Assembly (NCBI RefSeq): GCF_009914755.1
Contig: NC_060937.1
Direction: 5' to 3' (one strand)
DNA: 64,000 bases
Source: the human T2T-CHM13v2.0 reference genome, Homo sapiens
Below are positions 54,253 to 64,000 of the stretch, piece by piece; within the stretch, counting starts at the first letter, position 1, and each line of letters starts with the position of its first letter. The translations under genes were made by a program, and so were the position numbers. A model generated the notes under the pieces. The model had not been told where the DNA came from and did not search any database. It worked only from the letters and a program-made list of their open reading frames with translations.

Positions 54253-55419
54253 TGAACGGCCCATGAAGAAGCAGATGCTGCCCTCAAAGAAGTCAGGCCC
54301 ATCATAAATACACATGAGGTCAGTGGAGTCACAGCGGGTACAGCGACCTAAGTCAGGTGGAAAGAATCATTCACAGGAGCTGGCCACGTGGAGGAAGGAG
54401 TATGGCTTGATGAGGAGGAGGAGGGAAGAGACACAGCAGACTGAGAAAGGAGATGTGACATTCCTCCCTGGTGCCCCAGGGCTGTCCCCATCCCGGCAGT
54501 CACCCGGGCAGGACCACCGAGAGGCCACACCCTGGATGACTCCCTCTGGGCTGGGTCGCTTGCTCTGCTTCTTCCCTTCCAATCCCACCGCCACTGCAGG
54601 GAACATGGACAGCTTAGCCTGGCCAGGGACAGGAGGCTCAGCCTCGGCAGAGCCACAGCAACTAAGAGAGAGGCCAGGACAGAGGCCTGTGAGGATGGGA
54701 AGGGGAGGCAGAGGGGAGCAGTAAGCCACAAGCAGAAATCCCCAGGTCCCGGGCAAGTTGTGTGGCTTGTGGTGGTCTCACCTCCCCGCCCCCCAGTTAG
54801 CTCTAGTTCAGGCTCAGGACAAAGTCTCACCGTGCTCTGTTCAGTGTTCAATCAGAAATAAAAATAGTAAAAGCACATCTGCCATTCCTGGCAATTCTGC
54901 CACGATCCATGATGAGTCCTATTAAAACATCAGGAGCAGAAACAGCACCATCGATTGAATGCAGAGATGGGGTGAGAGGCCACGTCCTTTTCTCTCCTCC
55001 CTTCCTTCCCATTACCTACAGCATTTTTATGCCAGAAGAAACCATTACTTAGAAAACCATTTCTGTCATCCTTAGAACAGCCAAAAGGCTTCAACATCTT
55101 AATGGAAAGAAAATTATCGGTGTGATCATAATCAAAGACCTCAGCTCCCTGGGGGAACGTTAACCCTTCCGTATCCAGCCCAGCCTGCAGAGACAGCAGA
55201 GGTCTGGAATTCGCGGAGTTAACATTGAGCTTTAGACTCATTGCAAGGACGGAGGAGCTGCCGTCAGTCATTTAACGAGCATCTCAGAGTGGCTTTGTCT
55301 GTCTTTAAAAAACTGGCTGTTCATTTTTAGGGAGAAGATTTTATGCTTGGGAGAATTGGGAAGGTCTCAGTGTATCTCTCTCGCAAACATTAGAGCTGTG
55401 TATACATTTTAGTGAGGCA

Positions 55420-55710
55420 TTCATATTTCATTCATTTATGTAAAACTACCCTAGTGCTTACAGCCTGCCAGGCACAGTTCCAGAGGCTGGGGGTGAGCCC
55501 TAGTAAGGCAGATAAGGTACCAGTTCCCCTAACTTACATCTATGTGCGGATACAGAGAAAAAACAAGAGGTAAATAGTAAGATAATTTTAGACTGTAACG
55601 CACAGAAAACAAAACAAGGCTAGCGAGTGACTAAGGGTGGGAGGACTACATTAGACGGGATAGCCAGGGTCTCTGAGGAGGTGACATTTGGATTGAGGCC
55701 TGGGCAGATA
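55420..55710 (-). mobile_element. L2 3' fragment
   Basis: 'tgccaggcacagttc', 'ctctgaggaggtgacatttg'. Confidence 0.7.
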
Positions 55711-55984
55711 AGAAGCCATCCAGAGTTGTGTAGCATCTTCACCTCTCTGAGCTCCCATCTTCTCATTCTGTAAAGTGAGGGCATTGGGTGCCAGGTCCTC
55801 ACAGGGTCCCCTGCAGTGCTAGCTTTCCACCTATAGAGGTGAGGAGGTTAGTTAAGCCTCTTCCGACACTGACTTTGAGCCGTAAGTCCCTTGGCAAAGG
55901 CCTACCTCAAGTCCTTCCTGGAAGATACTGGTGAGGTTTTCAGGAGATCCTTGTTTCTGGTGAACAATTCCTAGGTGAGTGATC

Positions 55985-56526
55985 AGATTCAATGTCTGTG
56001 GGAAACAATATGCCAACTCCTCAAAAAAAGAAAAAAAATAACCATAGAATTACCCTATGCTCTGGCAATTCCGCTTCTGGGTATATGCCCAAGAGAACTG
56101 AAAGCAGGGACTATGCCTTGCACCTCAAGGTTCATATCAGCATTTTTCACAACAGCACACAGATGGAAACAATGGAAGTGTCCACCAGCTGGTCAGTCTA
56201 TGAATGAAATGTGGTGTGCCTGTCTACAATAGAATATTAATCACCCTTCGAATGAATGAAACTATGACACGTGCTACAATATGCAAGGACATTGAAGACA
56301 TGCTAAATGAAATTAAGTCTGGGGGTGGGGAGAATGGAGCATTATTGTTCAATGGGTACTGAGTTTCTATCTGGGGCATAGAAGTTTTGGAGATGGATGG
56401 TGGTGATGGTTGCACAGCAATGTGAATATGCTGAATACCACTGAGTTTTGCACTTAAAAAATCATTGGAATGGGTGAAAGGACGAGTTTTGTGTTATATG
56501 TATTTTATCATTGGAAAAAAAAAAAA
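55985..56526 (+). mobile_element. LINE-1 3' end (L1MB-like)
   Basis: 'catagaattaccctatg', 'ggagatggatggtggtgatggttgcacagcaatgtgaat', A-tail. Confidence 0.88.
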
Positions 56527-56989
56527 GCCAGTGGAAGATAGATCAAACAGAAGCAGTGACAAGCTCACTCTTAGATGTTAACTAAGATGTTAGAGGTTTA
56601 AAATAGATTGAGTGGTATGTGGAGACCAAGGATCACGCCAGGTTTCTGAGGCACCTGCCAGCCCTCTAATTCCACATGCCTCACTGTCACCTCCAGGGCA
56701 GACCTAGCAGACACTGTCAGAGGAGGAAAGGGCTGGAACCTCTGAGTTGGGCAGAGCTGGGTGGGAGATAAAACCTGTGCCGAGTCCCTGCTGCTCCAGT
56801 ATACCAGCCACACAGGCTGGGAAAAGAACCACTTGCCCCTGCTGTCACTTCTAGGGGCTGGTGTGGCTCTCAGGGAGAGGAGGTCAGCCAGGCCACTGAG
56901 CCTAGAAAGTATGGTGAGGGTGGCAGGATCCCTGGCTGCAGAAGTGGATCTCCAAGGTAAGGTAGATGTGCAGATCGATGTGAGGTAGG

Positions 56990-57150
56990 TGTGGTCCTCT
57001 GGGAATGTGTTAAAAATGCCAATTCTCAGGCCCCGCCCCAGACCTTCTGATCCAAAACCCCAGGTCAGGAGCCCAATAATGTGTGTTTTAGCAAGTTTTC
57101 CAGCAGAAGGTTCTGGTGTTGGCCCTAACATTGGAGAGCCATGGCTCTTA
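56990..57150. mobile_element. MER5A-like hAT MITE
   Basis: 'gttaaaaatgccaattctcaggccccgccccagaccttctga...gtgttttagcaag'. Confidence 0.7.
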
Positions 57151-58699
57151 ACCAATGCAGAAAAAATGCCTGGGCACTCTTCCAGGCATCTGCCAATGTG
57201 TTCAGTGGGCTTGTCCTGAAAGCAGAGCCCCAGCCTGTCTGCAACAGGGAGGCACAATGCAGCCGTCTCAGGCAACACCCGTTCCCATGTGGTTGTAGGA
57301 CCCTGGGCAGCAGGGCCCCCGAGCGGCTGTGAGCTCAAGTCTGGGGCATGGGGCCCCACCCCTCCTGGAGACGGATCCTCTGGGGTGGGCACATTCCGCA
57401 TGGTCTACCAGGGCCCCTTCCTCGTGAGTGCTGTGGTGCCATCTGTATACATAAAGCCAGTGTTTTCCTCCACTCACTACCCCCAGCCAGGCTACGGGGA
57501 TGAGCCTGGTACCCCTGCTGCATAAAGGATCCCTTCACAACATCTAGGCCAGGTCCCATGACTTTCAGGTCACTTTCTGATTATCAAGCTCATTCCATCC
57601 CAGTTTGAAGCTTCCCGTGCCAGAGACATTTCGTAGCTCATCTTGTCCTTTCCCAAAAGTGCCAGGACCCACCATGGGAATGGTGGCAGGGCCTGCCTGA
57701 GGATGTCTCCTTCATCTCTTTCCTTGGGAGCTGGAAGAAATGACTGGGGAGAGGAGAGGTGGGGCCAAGCTCCTCTCTGCTGGGCCTCAGCTGCAGTTCC
57801 CTTCTTGGCAGGCCTCACACCCACTTCCTTGGATGCCCTCAGTGTGTCAGCTCCTATGGCGGCCCTCAGGAAGCACCAGAGACTTTGAGTCCTCGAAGAG
57901 CCCTGCAGGCCCTTTCTATGTCTCAGTTCCCAGGTGTGGAAGAGCTTGCTAAGCCCCACGCGGTGCCCTTTTCCACTTCAGCCTCCACCGTCAGAACAGG
58001 CCCCAAGTCTCTTGCTGCCAGGGTCCCTTGACACAAGGACAGGTTTCTTTGGTCAAGGTATGAACAAGATGATTTTGCTGCCAGTTTTCCTTCACGGGGT
58101 CTTCTGGACCAGGGGAATCCCACATGTCCTTACCACTTCAAACTGAGTGGGAGGACTGTGTGCCCCAGCGCCTCCCTTGTTTTGCCCTGACATCTTTCTC
58201 CTGTTGATGCGGGCACAGGATAGAATGTCCGCGCTCTGAGCAGCATCTGAAGAGAGAAAGGACTGCCAGCAGGACTGGCCACTCCGTTTGCAGGGCCCAG
58301 CCCAGAATTGTTTAACAGATATTAAAAACGTCAAGATGGTGACAGAGGAGAAGTAAACCAAGTGTGGGGCCATTCTGTGCGAGTGCATAGCTCACCTGCC
58401 TGTGAAGCTGGCCCTGAATCCAGGCCCCCTCCTTCCCAGCCCGCCATGCTAGAGGGTTTTTCTGGGGCCTTCCTTCTCCTTGGCCAGAGGGAAGGAAAGC
58501 CTCTCTTTCCCACCCTTGACTCGTCTCACTCCACAGGAGCTCTACCACCCAGGGACTGTCCCTCCCCTCACTCCAGTCATCTCCTTGAATGGGCTGAGGA
58601 TCCCACCAGGCATGGTGACTGGGGGCTGTAGGGCCACTTGAGCAGTCTCTTGAGTGCACTCTCAGGGTGGCTGTGTTTACAATGTGGGTGGACTAACAC

Positions 58700-59235
58700 C
58701 TCATATTCTTTAGTGGAACTGCACTCACAAATCTAGGTCAACAAGAAAAGTCTCCTCAATGTCCTTAGCGTCACAGTGCTGGGACTTCCCAGGCCTAGCC
58801 ACCATCAATTCATCCAGGGCAGGGCGCCTGGGCAGGCAGGGTCAAAGGAGCCCCTCAGTGGGATTCTGAAATTTGAATCCAAGAGAGTTGTCTGCCTCTT
58901 TCTCATGGCTGAAACTGAGGCTCTCATGCTTGGTTGCTGGTGGCTGGGTATTACCCACACCAGGCTGAAGTCGGAAGGAGGCCAGTCTGCAGAAAAAGGG
59001 AGAGACAGAGAGAGGGAGAGACAGAGAGAGAGGGTGAGAGAAGGAGAGAGACAGAGACGGGAAGACAGGAGTGGGAGAGAAAGCAGGAGAAGGCAGCTGG
59101 TGACCTGCTTCTGGCTCAGCTGCCCTAGTTTTATCCCGTCCAGGGTCCTGTACTCCAGTACTTTTATGATGAGTTCCCCTTTAAGCTTTGGGAAGTTCAG
59201 TTTCCATCATTTTCCCTGAAGAGTCCAGACTAACA
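58700..59235 (+). mobile_element. Old MLT1 (J/K-like) LTR remnant containing a (GA)-rich tract at ~58996-59090
   Basis: 'gggattctgaaatttga', 'tgagttcccctttaagct', ends 'gtccagactaacac'. Confidence 0.5.
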
Positions 59236-59669
59236 CGACTCCACACTGACGAGTGGTGGTTCCCCATCACTCACTAAGAGTCTGACCTGCTTGGCCATGA
59301 TTTCCTTGTAACTGGAGGAAATAAAAGAAGAGGAACCCAGAAGAAGACAGGGCCTGTGTGGGAAAGAGAGTGGCCTCAAGGTTAGGGGTGCTGGAAACCC
59401 TCTAGGGTTCTGTAGGCCATCAGGACTTAAAAAGTTACCGTGGCTTACTGATACCTCAAATTATTTCACTTGTAAAATGGAGACACTCTACTCAGTTTGG
59501 TAGTTCTGTGTTTTTAGCTAAACCGTAGTCTGCCTTTGCCAGTCTGGCTCAGACGTCAACCCTCTGTTTGGGCTGATTGGCTTATGCTGGCCAGAGTCAC
59601 ATAAACTCTGCCCCACCTTGTCTTCAGAGGATTTAGTGTAGCTTTTGAATTTATTCTTTCAACAGTACC

Positions 59670-59890
59670 AAGAGCTCTGGTAGCAGGCACGGTGCTGGGC
59701 TCCGTAGATACTATGGTGAATAAGAGAGGCGCATTTCCTACCCTTATGGAGCTTACGGCTTGGCAAATGAATCAGACTCTAAGCAACTCATCACACAAAC
59801 AATATATTAATGAGCATGGTAATAACTGCTGAAAAGGAGTTATTCCAGGGATATGAGGTTCTGTAATAGGAATCCTAACCAGCTGGATTT
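59670..59890 (-). mobile_element. L2 fragment
   Basis: 'caggcacggtgctgggc...ggtgaataaga...cccttatggagcttac'. Confidence 0.75.
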
Positions 59891-60244
59891 TCTTTTTTTG
59901 CTTTCTCCAAATTCCAAAGCCCTCCATCTTTTCTGTGAGGTCTCCAGACAGTTACTACTGCTATCATCACCATTATTCCAGAGACATAGACATTCTCATT
60001 CACTCTACCAACTGCTATCCCCAGAGGCCCAGTTTGCACCATCTTCAAGCTGTGCTTCCAGTACTAGCCACGTGTATAGATCACGTGAAATATAGCTGGT
60101 TCAACTGAGGATCTGACGTTTTAATACAATTTAATTTAACATAAATTTAAAAATAGAGGCAGTAGAACATATTTTTCCATTAAACACACTTTATTATTTT
60201 GTTAGGGCCACAATTTCACTTTATCTGTTGAATTTAGTGTTGAC

Positions 60245-60720
60245 CTGCGCTAGTATGTTTATTGCAGCACTATCTATAGTAGCAAAGACATGAAATCAAC
60301 CCAGATACCCAACAACAGTGGATTGTATAGAGAAAATGTGGTACATATACACCATGGAATATGATGCAGCCATAAAAAAGAACAAAATTATATCCCCTGC
60401 AGCAACATGGATGCAGCTGGAGGCTATTATGCTAAGCAAACTAAGGCAGGAACAGAAAACCAAATACCACATGTTTTCACTTATAAGTTGGACCTTAAGC
60501 ATTGGGTATACACAGACACAAAGATGGGAACAATAAACACTGGAGATTCCAAGAGGTGGGACCAGAGGCAGGGAAGGGTTGAAAAACTACCTGTGGGGCA
60601 CTGTGTTCACTATTTGGGCTATGGAATCATTAGAAGCCCAAACCTCAGCATCATGTAATATACCCATATAACAAACCCGCACATGAGTATATTAAAAATA
60701 CTAAAATTAAAAATATAAAT
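60245..60720 (+). mobile_element. L1PB 3' end
   Basis: ORF 60318: KMWYIYTMEYDAAIKKN...WMQLEAIMLSKLRQEQKTKYHMFSL, the L1 ORF2 C-terminus, then 3' UTR. Confidence 0.93.
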
Positions 60721-60971
60721 TTAGAATACTAATGATAATTCTAATGAATAAAATAAGAAAAATAACAATGAGCATCTTTAATATATTTATTTGCCATCCA
60801 TGTAACTTCTTTGATGTCTATTAAAATATTTTGTCCATTTCTTAATTGGGTTGTTTAGTTTCTTACTATAGATTGTAACAGTTCTCTGCATATTTGGTCA
60901 CAAGTAGTTTATCAATGAGGTGTTTGGAAAATATTTTCTTCCAGTCTGTAGTTTATCTTTTCATTATTTTA

Positions 60972-61264
60972 TTTTATTTTACTTTTGAGACAGAGTCTGC
61001 TCTGTCACCCAAGCTGGAGTGCAGTGGTGTGATCTCGGCTCACTGCAACCTCCACCTCCTTGGAGTGATTCTCGTGCCTCAGCCTCCTGAGTAGCTGGGA
61101 TTACTGGCATGCGCCAGCATGCCTGGCTAACTTTTGAATTTTTAATAGAGACAGGGTTTCACTATGTTGCCCAGGCTCGTCTCGAACACCTGGCCCTCCA
61201 GGTGATCCTCCCACCTTGGCCTCCAAAGTGCTGGGATTACAGGCATGCGCCACTACACCCGGCC
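60972..61264 (-). mobile_element. Alu (J or old S)
   Basis: Dimer with a perfect 16-bp TSD tcttttcattatttta. Confidence 0.95.
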
Positions 61265-62418
61265 TCTTTTCATTATTTTAACATTGTATTTCACAGAGCA
61301 GATAATTCTTTTTTTTTGTATTAATTAAATTTTTTATTTTTATTAAATGTCTTTATATATTCACTAGTATTTATAACAGTTTTGTGAGGTAGGCATTAAT
61401 ATTCCAGTTTTACAGATGAAGAAACCCAAATCACGTATAGAATATGTGGTAGAACTGAAATTAGAAGACAGGTTATAACCTCTAGTCTAGTGCTGCTTCC
61501 ACTAAACTTCAGCTGTTTCTAGAGATATCACACATTCATTTGGAAGAGCAATATCATCATCTCAGGGTAAAATAACACAATACAAATTTATATATGAGAG
61601 AAATACATGAGCAAATTATAAGAAGATATTGGTATCACCATCATCATTCTATTAAAATGAAAAAGGAGTTAAAAACCAAATTTACCTATTTGATTTTAAG
61701 TCACATTCCCTGACTTAATTGACTTGTATTTTGAATGTAAATAGGAAGTACTAGCAATGATAGTGTGAGGAGATGGCTGTAGAAAAGGTAGGAAGAAAAA
61801 TATAAGTAATATTTGAATGCCTACTTAATATATATTACATAGATGATACATATATTTAAATACATTTTTATTATAGTCATTGTAAGAGGACATAATTTAA
61901 TCTAACTGGTTTTAAAATCTAGACTGTGGTGCTCACGACTAAATCTGACAATGAATGAAGAAAGGGCATGCACCTATGTAATAACCATGGCAAAATTTCA
62001 CTCCATCTCTCCTCTAAAACTGTTCTTATTCCTTTCATTTCTAGGCAATTGGGATCCAAATTTAGCAATTGCCTCTATGTCTAATTCTTATTTACTACCT
62101 GCTTTTTAAATTGTTGTCTGTAAGGCCATCCTAACGGGCATTTTTGATAGGAAATTTTTTTTCTTTTTTTAAGCAAAACTATACTGAGTATATCCTCTAT
62201 TTAAGTTTCACTGGTAGTTGTAGAGGGTTTATAAAAAGATATGCAAGTGCCCTCAAATGTGTAGCTTTTTTTTTTTCTAACTGAAATGGGAGGTTAAATT
62301 TTTGTATGTGAAATATATAGTACATAAAACAAACATGTATAGCATCATATCATGTATAGCTTATTATATACGAAACAGAAGAGGCAAAATAAGTACTTTA
62401 TAAATTCAAATCAGGTAT

Positions 62419-62812
62419 TGATGGCAGCGGCGGCCTGTCTGGGATGGCCACTACCATGATGCCGGCTGCAGTGGGGGAGGTGCTGCTGGGGCTGTCACTT
62501 CACGGAGCCTGTGGGGGCCAGAAGCAGGCAGGAGCCCCAACTTCTCGGGCACAGCTGCAGCCGCCCAAGTTGGTGCTGCAGACCCAGGCCTCCCTGTGCT
62601 CTTGGGGGCTGGAAGCAGGCAGGAGCCCTGCTCTCCCGGGTACAGCTGTAGGCTCAGAAATGTCTGCTCCCACTGCCTGGCCTCTCCCTGCTCCCTGTAC
62701 CCACTCTGATCTTGGAGCGAGGTTAAGGCCAAGCCCAGGTGCTGTTGGAGCCCATCTGGGTGTGTACACACTCGGGGCAGCACTGACACCCCAGCCCTCT
62801 GCCGCCTTGACC
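62419..62812 (+). mobile_element. ERV1 LTR 5' part (MER52-like), truncated
   Basis: 'tgatggcagcggcggcc', internal repeat 'gaagcaggcaggagccc' twice, 'gcagacccaggcctccctgtgctcttgggggc'. Confidence 0.8.
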
Positions 62813-63764
62813 CCCTCACAGAGCAGATAATTCTAATTTTAATAAAGTCTAGCTTATGAAATAAAGACAGGAAAGAAAATTTAGTGTGCAGACCAAGATA
62901 TGCTGTAATGTAAAGACACACTGGATTTCAAATACTTACTATGAAAAAACTGTAAAATATCTTAATCATTTTTATATGGATTATATGCTGATGTGATAAT
63001 ATTTTTAATATGTTGGATTACATCTGTTTTTAAAATTAATTTCTGTTTCTGCCCCTTTTAATTCCATTAATGGCTCCAGTGGTATTTCAATTATATGTTG
63101 GACAGGAGACAAGAAAATCTTTTCAACAATATTTGACGCCAGGGTACTGTGGCTTTGTGCTTGCGGTGTGGTAGGAATGGGGTGGGGGTATCTTCAGCCT
63201 CCAAGTCACTGTAGAAAGGTCAGATGTTTGTTTCTCTCCTTCCTCTTCTTCCTGTTCCCCAAACACCATGCTCACAGTCCTTTGTGATGGTGTTGGGCCC
63301 TTGCCAGGTGGAAGATTTGAAACCACCCATCCTGAAGAGCATCCACTCCCTCCATTGCCAAGTGGCTGCAAGTTCTCTTCCTAGAATATAAAGAAAGGGG
63401 TTTCCTCGCTGCCACCAAGACTAGCCTGAGGCTGGCCTCCCAGGTCCAGGCATAAGAAGGAGCCTCTCTGTCTCCCTATCCTTCCTACAAAGGGCATTGG
63501 TGACACCACTTGAGATCTCAAATCAGGTTCGGGCTAGGATATCCTGACGGCTGCGGTGATCCCTTTAATACATTAAGCTACTTTAGTCCCATATTTATCT
63601 GAAACCTGCAGACAGATTGTGTCAGTAGATATATCCAGACTTAAGAACCTCATGAAATCCTAGCCTGCTGGGGTGGAAGGTAGCTATTGCTCATGGGCCT
63701 GGATTTTGTAATGTGAGCTGGCTCTGAGATAAAAACAAGAGAACCGTAACTGAAGGAAGACACC

Positions 63765-63845
63765 AGGGTCTGGGCAGATCAGGCTTTGGGAGACTCAAAG
63801 CTTAAACAATTTGAAGGATCTGCTTTAAGAAAATAACACACAAGT
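63765..63845. mobile_element. hAT-Tip100 MER45-like end
   Basis: 'cagggtc...aagcttaaacaattt...ctttaagaaaa'. Confidence 0.45.
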
Positions 63846-63848
63846 GTC

Positions 63849-64000
63849 TTTTATATATTTATTTATATTTATATTTATATATATTATATATTATATATAT
63901 AATATATATGATATATATGATATATATATTATCTTGCTCTGTAGCCCAGGCTGGAGGGCAGTGGCACCACCATAGCTCACCGTAACCTCAAACTCCTGGG
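63849..64000 (-). mobile_element. AluJ 3' part with (TA)-rich tail, cut by the window end
   Basis: 'tcttgctctgtagcccaggctggagggcagtggcaccaccatagctcac'. Confidence 0.88.

Larger units (their letters stand above)
60048..63105. mobile_element. Fragmented hAT-Charlie element (MER33/Charlie5-like) hosting L1PB, AluJ, MIR and MER52
   Basis: 5' piece 'actagccacgtg...caactgagga...aaatttaaaaatag'; 3' piece 'gatatgctgtaatgtaaagacacactggatttcaaa...ttggacag'. Continuity between the pieces is inferred. Confidence 0.5.

Noticed and set aside
56598-57401. Longest ORF (267 aa, minus strand)
   Set aside because: No recognisable domain, runs through a MER5-like element, and GC-rich sequence gives long chance ORFs; no exon support.
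62419-62830. GC-rich segment with 128-156 aa ORFs as a CpG island or exon
   Set aside because: Explained by the MER52-like LTR.

Overview
Primate (very probably human) non-coding genomic DNA, repeat-dense throughout. I see no protein-coding exon, RNA gene, CpG island or CRISPR array that I can support, and I cannot name the locus. The supplied ORFs are L1 ORF2 relics, Alu/LTR/microsatellite read-through or chance ORFs. The window holds about 17 Alu/FLAM copies (J, S and Y), many L1/L2/MIR fragments, a two-LTR MaLR (MLT1) element, solo LTRs (MLT1, MLT2, MST, MER57A-like, LTR15-like, LTR10, MER61-like, MER52-like) and hAT DNA-transposon remnants. Subfamily names come from recalled consensus sequences, not from a database search. 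Best leads: (1) an old diverged duplication of apparently unique sequence (42.2-42.5 kb vs 43.8-44.15 kb), with a third partial copy of its core motif; (2) several short locally templated insertions (5304 from 8491, 8424 from 5850, 23791 from 23075); (3) an LTR10 with an AP-1 motif array; (4) an L1 5' end fused to an L1 3' end, possibly spliced; (5) a decayed hAT/Charlie transposase; (6) a cluster of RFX X-boxes. I found no convincing new biological system.
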